From Okamejei kenojei (Eukaryota): a stretch of DNA of 64,000 bases. The translations under genes were made by a program, and so were the position numbers. The notes beneath the pieces were generated by a model, which saw nothing but the letters and a program-made list of their open reading frames with translations, had not been told where the DNA came from and did no database searches. The number at the start of each line of letters is the position of its first letter. The stretch's first letter is position 1. The stretch spans positions 51,212,001-51,276,000 of the forward strand of contig CM069142.1 of NCBI GenBank assembly GCA_035221665.1. Reading direction: 5' to 3'. Shown one piece after another: positions 40,437 to 52,486 of the stretch.

Positions 40437-40916
40437 GTAGTTCTAACAATCTGTGTATTTTATGTTTGAAGTAAGCATGGAGCAAATAATTAAAAGTGCA
40501 TGCTTATGTTTATCAAAATGAAGGAAAAAAGTCTGGACACGTGCCGCAGATGCCATGTTATGCTTTTACATGAATATTTATGTGAATATTTGTATTGGTT
40601 GTGTGTAAGTCGTGGAAGAGCCTGCAAACCACAAACAAACTGTGCACTTATGGTCTTTCCTTAACTTGCTTCATCATTGTGGGCGACAATGTGAGTTAGT
40701 GTTGCAAGGAAATACGAGGGGGTATGGGACTGATGGGATCACTCTATTAGGTTCTTGTATCATTCAAATGTGCTGGATGATTTTGTTCCATACTGTATTA
40801 ATCAATTATGTAATGGTAGTGTTCAATGAGCTAATATACATAGGAAACTACTTGGCGCAGGTGTATGTTCATAAGATATTTAGAAATTTGTAATTTAGCT
40901 TCCTTTTTATCCTTAG

Positions 40917-41060
40917 AAGACCATGAATTATCAACTTCTCACACAACTAAAGTGTTCAATTTAATATCTGGCTATGAACGGCAAGCCACAGACATTCCCA
41001 GTGTGATCAATCCAATCCCAGAACCCGATCCTACTAACAATGGAGAGACAGATGTTACAG
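40917..41060 (+). CDS. Array exon 4: EDHELSTSHTTKVFNLISGYERQATDIPSVINPIPEPDPTNNGETDVT
   Basis: Same splice signals, 144 nt. Confidence 0.9.
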
Positions 41061-41335
41061 GTAGTTCTAACAATCTGTGTATTTTATGTTTGAAGTAAGC
41101 AATGGAGCAAATAATTAAAAGTGCATGCTTATGTTTATCACAATTGACGAAAAAGTCTGGACATGTGCCGCAGATGCCGGGTATGCTTTTATATAAATAT
41201 TTATGTGAATATTAGTATTGGTTGTGTGTAAGTTATGGAAGAGCCTGGAAAACACAAACTTACTCGACACATAGATATCTTTCCTTGACTTGCTTCTTCG
41301 CTGTTGGCAACAATATGGGAGAGTGTTGCAAGGAA

Positions 41336-42830
41336 CAGGTACTTTGGATCGGATCCTAAAGATTCAGGATCAGTTCCTGTGGGTTGGAGGGTAGCTAATG
41401 TTATCCAACTTTTTAAGAAAGGAGGGAAAGAGAATACAGGGAATTATAGACTAGTTAGCCTGTCGTCGGTGGTGGGGAAGATGCTGGAGTCAATCATAAA
41501 AGATGAAATAGCGGCACATTTGGATAGCAGTAGCAGGGTCGGTCCGAGTCAGCATGGATTTATGAAGGGGAAATCATGCTTGACTAATCTTCTGGAATAT
41601 TTTGAGGATGTAACTGAGAAAATGGATGTAGAGCCAGCGGATGTAGTGTACCTGGACTTTCAGAAAGCATTTGATAAGGTCCCACATAGGAGATTAGTGG
41701 CAACATTAGATCACATGGTATAAGGGTAGGGTGCTGACATGGATAGAAAATTGGTTAGCAGGCAGGAAACAGAGCAGGGATTGATGGGTCCCTTTCAGAA
41801 CGGCAGGCATTGACTAATGGGGTACCGCAAGGTTCGGTGCTGTGACCGCAGCTATTTACAATATATATTAATGATTTAGATGAAGGGATTGAAAGTAACA
41901 TTAGCAAATTTGCAGATGACACAAAGCTGGGTGGCAGTGTGAACTGTGAGGAGGATGCTATGATGATGCAGGGTGACTTGGAGCGTGTGGGTGGGTGGGC
42001 AGATGCATGGCAGATTCAGTTTAATGTGGATAAATGTAAGGTTATCCACATCGGTGGCAGAAACAGGAAGGCAAATTATTACCTAAATGGTGACAAGTTG
42101 GAAAAAGGCGAAGTACAATGGGATCTGGGGAGTCCTTGTTCATCAGTCACTGAAAGTAAGCATGCAGGTACAGCAGGCAGTGAAGAAAGCGAATGACATG
42201 TTGGCCTTCATAACAAGAGGAGTTGAGCTTATGAGCAAAGAGGTCCTTCTGCAGTTGTACAGGGCCATAGTGAGAATACACCTGGAGTACAGTGTGCAGT
42301 TTTGGTCTCCAAATTTGAGGAAGGACATTCTTGCTATTGAGGGAGTGCAGCGTAGGTACACAAGGTTAAATCCCGGGATGGCGGGACTGTCCTATGTTGA
42401 TAGAATGGAGCGGCTGGGCTTGCATACTCTGGAATTTAGAAGGATGAGAGGGGATCATATTGAAACATATAAGATTATTAAGGGTTTGGACACGCTAGAG
42501 GCAGGAAACATGTTCCCGATGTTGGGGGAGTACAGAACCAGGAGCCACAGTTTAAGATTAAGGGGTAAGCCATCTAGAATGGAGATAAGGAAATACTTTT
42601 TCACACAGAGAGTTGTGAGTCTGTGGAATTCTCTGCCTCAGAGGGTGGTGGAGGCCGGTTCTCTGGATGCTTTCAAGAGTTAGATAGAGCTGTTAAAGAT
42701 AGCGGAGCCAAGGGATATGGGGAGAAGGCGGGGTACTGATTGTGGATGATCAGCCATGATCATATTGAATGGTGGTGCTGGCTCAAAGGGCCAAATGGCC
42801 TACTCCTGCACCTATTGGCTATTGTCTGTT
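41336..42830 (+). mobile_element. 5'-truncated CR1 LINE inserted in array intron 4
   Basis: RT motifs GKSCLTNLLE, YLDFQKAFDKVPH, FADD, LEYSVQFWSP; (CTATTGT)-like tail; host repeat resumes with gaaataagaggcggtatg. Confidence 0.95.
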
Positions 42831-42886
42831 GAAATAAGAGGCGGTATGGAACTGATGGGATTGCTCTGTTTGGTTCTCATATAATT

Positions 42887-43705
42887 TTTTTTTTGAACTC
42901 AACATTTATTGACATAACAAAATACAAATACAGACAAAACAAAAAGACACACAAAAGACAATTGCAAAATAACAAAATACAAATCACCTAGCCTCTATTT
43001 GCATCACATCGGATCCTCTTAACATTCTATCATAGAAGCATCTTATTCACAGGCACCACAGCAAGCTCATCCATTCATATCCTTAATCAATCTTGGCATT
43101 TGTAATAGTACCGGTTTCCATATAATATTAAAGGCCTCAGTCCTCAACTGGAGTTTAGCAGTTATACTTTCCATCACGTATACATCTTTCCCGCCACAGT
43201 TGAACATTTGGTGGCATTTCCTTTCTCCATAGCACTGTTATCATCCTTTTAGCAATCAACAGCATCACCCCAAGCAAATATTTCTGATTTTGAATATCTG
43301 TTGCTGCTGGAGTATCTCCTAATATAAAACAAGCCAGTTCCAAAGGTAAATCCACTCCCACAATTAATTTAATCTCTACCTGGATGTCTCTCCAGTATTG
43401 GTACAATTTGGGACAATCCCAAAAAATATGTGTGTGATCACCCCACATTGTCTCCAGCATAAATTTGAGGTGTTACTGTACCTTGCCAACACTAAAGGGG
43501 TCCTAAATACTCTCATTTTAATTTTCCAGTCGAACTCCCTCCAAGAGGGGCTGCTTGTCAGCTTATGGCCCAAGAGACATGTCCTTTCCCATATTTCATC
43601 TGTAATAATAATGTTCATTTCCAATTCCCATTTCTGTTTTGTTTCTATAGTATTTCCTTTTATATAGTCCTTGATATAAATGGGATATCAAGTTATTTTG
43701 TAACA
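42887..43705 (-). mobile_element. 5'-truncated L1-clade LINE with poly(A) and 9-bp TSD
   Basis: T-run at 42885-42894; TSD CATATAATT at 42878-42886 and 43706-43714; ORF2 C-terminal CWRQCG...HTHIFWDCPKL (zf-RVT-like). Confidence 0.9.
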
Positions 43706-43864
43706 CATATAATTCTAATGAGCTGGATGACTGTTCCTTACTGTATTAAATAATGAAGTAATGATTATTTACAATGTGCTAATATTCATAGGAAACTACT
43801 TGGCACAGGTGTACATTCAGAAGATGTTTAGAATTTTGTAACTTGGCTTCCGTTTTATCCTTAG

Positions 43865-44008
43865 AAGACCATGAATTGTCAACTTCTCACACCACTAAAG
43901 TGTTCACTTTAATATCTGGCTACGAACGTCAAGCCACAGACATTCCCAGTGTGATCAATCCAATCCCAGAACCTGTTCCTGCTAAGATAGGACAGGCAGA
44001 ATTTACAG
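43865..44008 (+). CDS. Array exon 5: EDHELSTSHTTKVFTLISGYERQATDIPSVINPIPEPVPAKIGQAEFT
   Basis: Same splice signals, 144 nt. Confidence 0.9.
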
Positions 44009-44493
44009 GTAGTTCCAACATTCTGTGTATTTTATGTTTGAAGTAAACAATGGAGCAAATAATAAAAAAAAGTGCATTCTTAGGTTTATCACAATTAAGG
44101 AAAAAAGTCTGGACACGTGCCACAGATGCCAATGTTATGCATTTACATGAACATTTATGTGAATATTTGGATTGGTTGTGTGTAAGCCCATGGAAGAGCC
44201 TGGAAAACACAAACAAACTGTGCACTTATGGTCTTTCCTTAACTTGCTTCATAATTGTTGGCAACAATGTGAGAGAACGTTGCAAGGAAATAAGAGGCGG
44301 TATGAGACTGATGGGATTGCTCTGTTTGGTTCTCATATCATTCTAATGAGCTGGATAACTTTGTTCCTTACTGTTTAAATAATTAAGTAATGATTATTTT
44401 CAATTAGCTAATATTCATAGGAAAATACTTAGCGCAGGTGTACATTCAGAAGATGTTTTGAATGTTGTAACTTGGCTTCCTTTTTATCCTTAG

Positions 44494-44637
44494 AAGACCA
44501 TGAATTGTCAACTTCTCACACAACTACAGTGTTCTCTATAATATCTGGCTATGAACGGCAAGCCACAGATATTCCCAGTGTGATCAAACCAATCCCAGAA
44601 CTTGATCCTGCTAAAATAGGAGAGGCAGAATTTACAG
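44494..44637 (+). CDS. Array exon 6: EDHELSTSHTTTVFSIISGYERQATDIPSVIKPIPELDPAKIGEAEFT
   Basis: Same splice signals, 144 nt. Confidence 0.9.
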
Positions 44638-45029
44638 GTAGTCCTAACAATATGTGTATTCTATGTTTGAAATAAGCAATGGAGCAAATCATCAAAAGTG
44701 CGTGCTTAGGTTTATCACATTTATGGAAAAAAGTGTGGACATGTGCCACATTTGCCATTATGCTTTTACATGAATATTTATTTGTGATTGGTTGTGTGTA
44801 AGCCCATGGAAGAGCCTGGAAAACACAAACAAACTGCACTTATGGTCTTTCCTTAGTCATTGTGGGCAACAATGTGAGTGAGTGTTGCAAGGAAATACGA
44901 GGGGGTATGGGACTGATGGGATCACTCTATTAGGTTCTCGTATCATTCAAATGAGCTGGATGATTTTGTCCCATACTGTATTCAATAATGATAGTGTTCA
45001 ATATGCTAATATACATAGGAAACTACTTA

Positions 45030-46927
45030 ACCAAAAAGACCACACTGGGAGAAAAGATGAGGTACGAAGATAAGCTAGCTAAGAATATAAAGCAGGATAG
45101 TGAAAGCTTCTTTTGGTATGTGAAGAGGAAAATATTAATTAATACCAAAGTTGGACCCTTGAAGACCGAAAAAAGTGAATTTATTATGAGGAACAAGGAA
45201 ATGGCAGATGAGTTAAACTGGTACTTTGGATCTGTCTTCACTAAGGAGGACACAAACAATCTTCCTGATATAGTAGTGCCCAGAGGATCTGGGGTGACAG
45301 GGGAACTGAAGGAAATCCACATTAGGCAGGAAATGGTGTTGGATAGACTGATGGGACTGAAGGCTGATAAATCCCCAGGGCCTGATGGTCTGCATCCCAG
45401 GGTACTTAAGGAAGTGGATCTGGAAATCGTGGATGCATTGGTGATAATTTTCCAATGTTCTATAAACTCAGGATCAGTTCTTGTGGATTGGAAGGTAGCG
45501 AATGTTATCCCACTTTTTAAGAAAGGCGGGAAAGAGAAAATGGGGAGTTATAGACCAGTTAGCCTGACATCGGTGGTGGGGAAGATGCTGGAGTCAATTA
45601 TAAAAGATGAGATAGCCACACATTTGGATAGCAGTAACAGGATCGGTCCGAGTCAGCATGGATTTACGAAGGGGAAATCCTGCTTGACTAATCTTCTGGA
45701 ATTTGTTTAAGATGTAACTAGGAAAATGGACAAGGGAGAGCCAGTGGATGTACTGTACCTGGACTTTCAGAAAGCATTTGATAAGGTCCCACATAGGAGA
45801 TTAGTGAGCAAAATTAGGGCACATGGTATTGGGGGTAGAGTGCTGACATGAATAGTGAAGTGGTCGGCAGACAGGAAACAAAGAGTTGGGATTAACGTGT
45901 TCCTTTCAGAATGGCAGGCAGTGACTAGTGGGGGTACTGCAAGCCACGGTACTGGGACCGCAGCTATTTACAATATACATCAATGATTTGGATGAAGGGA
46001 TTCAAAGTAACATTAGCAAATTTGCAGATGACACAAAGCTGGGTGGCAGTGTGAACTGTGAGGAGGATGCTATGAGAATGCAGGGTGACTTGGACAGGTA
46101 GGGGGAGTGGGCAGATGCATGGCAGATGAAGTTTAATGTGGATAAATGTGAAGTTATCCACTTTGGTCGCAAAAACAGGAAGGCAGATTACTATCTAAGT
46201 GGCGTCAAGTTGGGAAAAGGGGAAGTACAATGGGATCTGGGGGTCGTACATCAGTCTATGAAAGTAAGCATGCTGGTACAGCAAGCAGGGAAGAAAGTTG
46301 GCCTTTATAACAAGAGGAATCGAATATAGGAGCAAAGAGGTCCTTCTGCAGTTGTACAGAGCCCTAGTGAGACCACACCTGGAGTATTGTGTGCAGATTT
46401 GGTCCCCTAATTTGAGGAAGGATATTCTTGCTATTAAGGGAGTGCAGCATAGGTTTACAAGGTTAATTCCCGGGAAGGCGGGACTGTCATATGCTGAGAG
46501 AATGGCACAGCTGTGCTTGTACACTCTGGAGTTTAGAAGGATGAGAGGGAATCTCATTGAAACATATAAGATTGTTAAGGGCTTGGACACGCTAGAGGCA
46601 GGAAACATGTTCCCAATGTTGGGGGAGTCCAGAACCAGGGGCGACAGTTTAAGAATAAGGGTAAGCCATTTAGAACGGAGACGAGGAAACACTTTTTCTC
46701 ACAGAGAGTGGTGAGTCTGTGGAATTCTCTGCCTCAGAGGGCAGTGGATGCAGGTCCTCTGGATGCTTTCAAGAGAGAGCTAGATAGAGCTCTTAAAAAT
46801 GGCGGAGTCAGGGGATATGGGGAGAAGGCAGGAACGGGGTACTGATTGGGGATGATCAGCCATGATCACATTGAATGGCTGTGTTGGCTAGAGGGGCCAA
46901 ATGGCCTACTCCTGCACCTATTGTCTA
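45030..46927 (+). mobile_element. 5'-truncated CR1 LINE inserted in array intron 6
   Basis: KSPGPDGLHPRVLKE, YRPVSLTSVVGKMLE, FADD; interrupts the host motif aactactta|gcgcaggtgt. Confidence 0.95.
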
Positions 46928-46992
46928 TTAGCGCAGGTGTATGTTCAGAATATATTTAGAATTTTGTAATTTGGCTTCCTTTTTATCCTTAG

Positions 46993-47136
46993 AAGGCCAT
47001 GAATTATCAACTTTACCTACGACTAAAGTGTTCACTTTAATATCTGGCTATGAACGGCAAGCCACAGACATTCCCAATGTGATCAATCCAATCCCAGAAC
47101 CCGATCCTACTAATGTAGGAGAGACAGATGTTACAG
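46993..47136 (+). CDS. Array exon 7: EGHELSTLPTTKVFTLISGYERQATDIPNVINPIPEPDPTNVGETDVT
   Basis: Same splice signals, 144 nt. Confidence 0.9.
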
Positions 47137-47604
47137 GTAGTTCTAACAATATGTGTATTCCATGGTTGAAATAAGCAATGGAGTAAATAATTAAAAGTGC
47201 ATGCTTAGGTTTATCTCAATTAAGGAAAAAAATCTGGACAGGTTCCACAGATGACATGCTAGGCGTTTATGTGAATATTTGTATTGGTTATGTGTGAGTC
47301 AGGGAAGAGCATGCAATACACAGCATACTGTATACTTGGCTGTTTTTCCTTAACTTGCTTCATAATTGTTGGCAACAATGTGAGAGAACGTTGCAAGGAA
47401 ATAAGAGGTGGTATGAGACTGATGGGATTGCTCTGTTTGGTTCTCATATCATTCTAATGAGCTGGATGACTTTGTTCCTTACTGTTTAAATAATTAAGTA
47501 ATGATTATTTTCAATGAGCTAATATTCATAGGAAAGTACTTAGCGCAGGTGTACATTCAGAAGATGTTTAGAATTTTGTAACTTGGCTTCCTTTTTATCC
47601 GTAG

Positions 47605-47748
47605 AAGTCCATGAATTGTCAACTTCTCACAAAACTACAGTGTTCTCTTTAATATCTGGCTATGAACGGCAAGCCACAGACATTCCCAGTGTGATCAAAC
47701 CAATCTCAGAACTTGATCCTGCTAAGATAGGAGAGGCAGAATTTACAG
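47605..47748 (+). CDS. Array exon 8: EVHELSTSHKTTVFSLISGYERQATDIPSVIKPISELDPAKIGEAEFT
   Basis: ccgtAG acceptor, ACAG|gtagtc donor, 144 nt. Confidence 0.88.
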
Positions 47749-48228
47749 GTAGTCCTAACAATATGTGTATTCTATGTTTGAAATAAGCAATGGAGCAAAT
47801 CATCAAAAGTGCATGCTTTGGTTTATCATATTTATTGAAAAAAGTGTGGACATGTGCTACAGATGCCATTATGCTTTTACATGAATATTTATATGAATAT
47901 CTGGATTGGTTGTGTGTAAGCCCATGGAAGAGCCTGGAAAACACAAACAAACTGTGCACTTATGTTCTTTCCTGAACTTGCTTCATCATTGTGGGCAACA
48001 ATGTGAGTGAGTGTTGCAAGGAAATACGAGGGGGTATGGGACTGATGGGATCAGTCTATTAGGTTCTCATATCATTCAAATGTGCTCGATGAAGTTGTTC
48101 CATACTGTATTAAATAATTAAGTAATGGTAGTGTTCAATATGCTAATGTACATAGGAAACTACTTGGCGCAGGTTTATATTCAGAAGATATTTCGAATTT
48201 TGTAATTTGGCTTCCTTTTTATCCTTAG

Positions 48229-48372
48229 AAGACCATGAATTATCAACTTCTCACACAACTAACGTGTTCACTTTAATATCTGGCAATGAACGGCAAGCCA
48301 CAGACATTCCCAGTGTGATCAATCCAATCCCCGAATCCCATCCTACTAAGATAGTCGAGACAGATGTTACAG
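48229..48372 (+). CDS. Array exon 9: EDHELSTSHTTNVFTLISGNERQATDIPSVINPIPESHPTKIVETDVT
   Basis: Same splice signals, 144 nt. Confidence 0.9.
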
Positions 48373-48855
48373 GTAGTTCTAACAATCTGTGTTTTTTATG
48401 TTTGAAGTAAGCATGGAGCAAATAATTAAAAGTGCATGCTTATGTTTATCACAATTAAGGAGAAAAGTCTGGACACGTGCCACAGTTGCCATGGTATGCT
48501 TTTACATGAATATTTATGTGAATATTTGTATTTGTTGTGTGTAAATCATGAGCCTGGAAAACACAAACATACTCTACACTTAGATGTCTTTCCTTAACTT
48601 GCTTCTTCGCTGTTGGAAACAATGTGAGAGCCTGGTGCAAGGAAATAAGAGGCAGTATCAGACTGATGGGATTGCTCTGTTAGGTTCTCATCTCATATAA
48701 TTCAAATGTGCTGGATGATTTTGTTCTATACTGTATTGAATAATTAACTAATGATAAAGTTCAATGTGCTAATATACATAGGAAACTACTCAGTGCAGGT
48801 GTACATTCAGAAGATGTTTGGAATTTTGTAACTTGGCTTACTTTTTAATCCTTAG

Positions 48856-48996
48856 AAGACCATGAATTGTCAACTTCTCGCACAACTACAGTGTTCTCTT
48901 TTATATCTGGCTTTGAGCGGCAAGCCACAGACATTCCTAGTGTGATTAATCCAATCCCAGAACCTGATCCTGCTAAGATAGAGGCAGAATTTACAG
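48856..48996 (+). CDS. Array exon 10: EDHELSTSRTTTVFSFISGFERQATDIPSVINPIPEPDPAKIEAEFT
   Basis: 141 nt with an in-frame 3-nt deletion; missed by the + strand ORF track. Confidence 0.88.
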
Positions 48997-49476
48997 GTAG
49001 TCCTAACAATATGTGTATTCTATGTTTGAAATAAGCAATGGAGCAAATCATCAAAAGTGCATGCTTAGGTTTATCACAATTCAGGAAAAACGTCTGGACA
49101 CGTGCCACAGATGCCATGTTATGCCTTTACATGAATTTTTACGCGAATATTTGTGTTGGTTGTGTGTAAGGCATGGAAGAGCCTGGAAAACACAAACATA
49201 CTGTACCCTTAGATGTCTATCCTTAACTTGCTTCATCATTGTTGGCAATGATGTGAGTGATTGCTGCAAGGAAAAAACAGGCGGTATGGGACTAATGGGA
49301 TCGCTCTATTAGGTATAATTTCCTTGGGCTGGAGGACTGTATAAATAATTATACTGTATAAATAATTATATAATGATAGTGTTCGATGAGCTAATATACA
49401 TAGGAAACAACTTAGCGCAGGTATATGATCAGAAGATATTTAGAATTTTGTAATTTGGCTTCCCTTTTATCCTTAG

Positions 49477-49620
49477 AAGACCATGAATTATCAACTGCTC
49501 ACACAACTCCAGTGTTCCCTTTAATATCTGGCTATGAACGGCAAGCTACAGGCATTCCCAGTGTGATCAATCCAATCCCAGAACCTGATCCTACTAAGAT
49601 AGGTGAGGCAGATGTTACAG
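49477..49620 (+). CDS. Array exon 11: EDHELSTAHTTPVFPLISGYERQATGIPSVINPIPEPDPTKIGEADVT
   Basis: Same splice signals, 144 nt. Confidence 0.9.
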
Positions 49621-50395
49621 GTAGTTCTAACAATCTGTGTATTTTATGTTTAAAGTAAGCATGGAGCAAATAATTAAAAGTGCATGCTTAGGTTTATCAC
49701 AATTAAGGAAAAAAGTCTGGACACGTGCCACAGATGCCAGGTTATGCTTTTACGTGAATATTTATGTGAAAATTTGTATTGGTTGTGTGTAAAGTATGGA
49801 AGAGTCAGGAAAACAAGTCTACTCCACACATCTTTCCTTAATTTGCTTCTTCGTTGTTGGCCAAACCCAGGGCCTTACTATTATTTTCCACATTCCCATG
49901 TTTCCCATTCCACCATGCATGGCCTTGATTTTAGCAAACCTATCCTAAAATACATGCAATCTGTTTGTTCTGTGTTCTGGTACAGATATTGTGAATTGGG
50001 AAGTGCACTGCATATCACCTGGAGTTAAGCATTTTGCTCATGTATGCTGGAATAAATGGGCATATTTCATAAAACTTTGAGTTTGTTTGAGAAGTGATGT
50101 GTTAACCTATTCTGTCGGTGTTTCTTCTGATTTATTGAATTATGATAGCCTCTAAATAATGGATGTAATGTTGCAGTGTGGAGAGTCTCTTGTAATGTCG
50201 TGCGTTAAATTATTTTGAATGATATTGAATTAGTGAACTTAATCAATTATAATGTCGGGGTAGTTTTGTGTTACATAAAATCTGTTTTACCTGTGGCATT
50301 TATTGCTGCATTGGAAACCATCCAATGTAATTGTAATGTTCAATTTTCAACAATAATTATCTAATTTGAACATTTTATATCCAGCTTACTTCCAG

Positions 50396-50542
50396 TACAC
50401 CGGACCGTGTTGCCGACCACTAACATCCCTAACATCTTCTGTTTAATCTCAGACATTAACGTACCTGTCACTGACATTTCAAATGTTCCCAATGCCATCC
50501 ACGCGTCTGACACTACTAAAATAGAAGATACAGAAATAACAG
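50396..50542 (+). CDS. Repeat-gene exon, 147 nt: VHRTVLPTTNIPNIFCLISDINVPVTDISNVPNAIHASDTTKIEDTEIT
   Basis: cttacttccAG acceptor, ACAG|gtattt donor, open, phase 1-1; acceptor appears shifted. Confidence 0.65.
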
Positions 50543-51043
50543 GTATTTCTGATAATGTTTGTGCCTTACTATAAACTGCAACAAGAGCAAAAATAATCTG
50601 CATGTTGAGATGCCTGTTAAAATAACAGGAAATTATTTTTTATGTTGTAGATCTCTCACATTATTTGTGTTGCTCCTGTGTAAAGTATTTAATAGCCAAT
50701 ATAACAGCTTACATAACATAACAGGAAACGACTAATCTTCCATATTGCCTGGGAATTTACTTATACTTGTGCTTGGTTAGTTATTATGTTGCATAGTTCA
50801 AAAAATTCAGATATCACATTTCAACAGGGATGTTAAGGCCTTGGAACCATTAGGAAATAATAAATAGATCTGGTGTAAAGATAGTAGGGATAAGGAGGTT
50901 GTGGTAAGACAGTGGGAGCCATGCAAGATTGCTATGTAATAATGATAATGCTCTATAATGGAATATAATTAATTTATGAAAGTTCATGCATTATCATGCA
51001 AGATTAAGAATTTTGTACCTGGCTTCTTCCTTATCCCGAGCAG

Positions 51044-51175
51044 ACCAGGTGGTGCCAACCTCGGACACTAGTAACGTGTTTACTTTAATGTTAAACCATG
51101 AGCTGCTGGTTACTCATGTGATCGATCCAATCCTAGAATCTCAACGGACTAGAATGAGAGATACAGAAGTTGCAG
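51044..51175 (+). CDS. Repeat-gene exon, 132 nt: DQVVPTSDTSNVFTLMLNHELLVTHVIDPILESQRTRMRDTEVA
   Basis: ttccttatcccgagcAG acceptor, GCAG|gtactt donor. Confidence 0.85.
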
Positions 51176-51776
51176 GTACTTCTGACAATACTTTCACTTG
51201 GGAATTTACCTAATTGCTAGAGTGGCAGATTTTTTGACACAACTATAAATTCTATGCCATAATTTTTCCGTTAAATTAATCTTCAAGTTACTTGTATGTG
51301 AAGTAATTTTATTGCGGAATACATTATCTTGCGTACAATTATTCAGTAACATGCCAAAGCATCTATAAACAATACAGCCCATCGCATATCTCCTCCTGAA
51401 ATGTATGCATTTAGTTTGAGGTTATTTTGACAACAAAAGTATTTCATGGAGTTTTGAGTCCAGAGCAAATCATTGCTGTGTTGTTGGGAAAATTACTTAA
51501 ACAGTAGTTCCATTTGAAAGGTGAAAATTTTGTAACTGTATGTAGTTGTAACATTTTATATGAGTAACTTTGAGAAATACTGATTTAATTGTACAATGCT
51601 GCAACAACAATAGTACCAGAGTCACAATTCATGGTTGCAATGAAATTCACTTAATATTCTCAGAATGAAGAAAGGTTCAGTTTTCCTCCCCATACTGATG
51701 TTGATCAAAACAATGTTTTATTATTTTTGTTAGATAGTAATTAAATTAGACATTTAATTCCATTTTATCTCCTCGG

Positions 51777-51916
51777 GTCATGATGTGATGATCTCTGACA
51801 CTCTAATGCATTAAATTTAATTCCAGTCTTTGAGTATTCAGTCACAAACATTCCTATTATGTTCACTCCAAATCCTAAATCTGTAGTTATTAAGACAGGC
51901 TATATCAAAGTTACAG
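51777..51916 (+). pseudogene. Pseudo-exon: acceptor CAG>CGG, 1-nt deletion, donor GT>GC
   Basis: cctcgg|gtcatgat...ttacag|gcactt; 140 nt; clear homology to the module. Confidence 0.75.
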
Positions 51917-52486
51917 GCACTTCTGATTGAGTATGTAATTAGTGATGGATTGTGAGGTTTGAGCTAAAAAGACAAAGGACATGCGCTGTAGGTGCACTGC
52001 CATTAAAACTATGTTCAAGTTTCCAGTGCATAACAAGTATTTGACAATAATCTGTCTACAGGCAACTGTTCAGTTTCATTGCAAATATTGGAAATGAACA
52101 CACTGTTGCATTTTTCCTGGAAGAGAGCATTTAAATATCTTTGTTGAATTATTTGGCCATGCTTCTTATTAAATGACTTTTAGAGACCCTTGCTTTATCA
52201 GCAAAGCCTATCAACTTATCTTGGCTATATTGTGGCTTGGAGCATCTGTTCTTATATCCGACAATTTGAATAATGTTGAGTTCATGAGGCAATGCATTAT
52301 GTTCATTTGATTTAGCACTTTATGAAAAGTATTATTCATGTTTACATGAGTTTTTAATATTTATTACACTGTAAGAAGACCAGATGTGCTCCATCATTAC
52401 ATAACAATGATGCCTAGCATTTTCAATATTATTCACAGAAACAACATAGATTCAGAAAATAAGAATTCTGTTTTTTATCCCTTCAG

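Larger units (their letters stand above)
38825..49860 (+). repeat. Tandem array of 11 x ~620 bp exon+intron units
   Basis: Exon starts 39056, 39679, 40293, 40917, 43865, 44494, 46993, 47605, 48229, 48856, 49477; uninterrupted spacing 612-629 bp; introns alignable by eye. Confidence 0.97.

Noticed and set aside
44988-45710. 240-aa ORF as a host gene or active LINE
   Set aside because: A fragment of a 5'-truncated CR1 ORF2 with downstream stops and frameshifts.
38825-49860. Array of small 67-77 aa single-exon genes (MASFLSLEDHEL...CILCLK) as listed in the ORF track, or a CRISPR-like array
   Set aside because: The starts are TTG or non-ATG inside polypyrimidine tracts. Homology with the divergent copies is confined between AG and GT, so these are internal exons. 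The units are full-length repeats with no unique spacers, and the DNA is eukaryotic.
39253-50028. Repeated Cys/His-rich ORFs on both strands in array introns
   Set aside because: Frames, starts and stops differ between copies and frameshifting indels are frequent. They are by-products of intron duplication.
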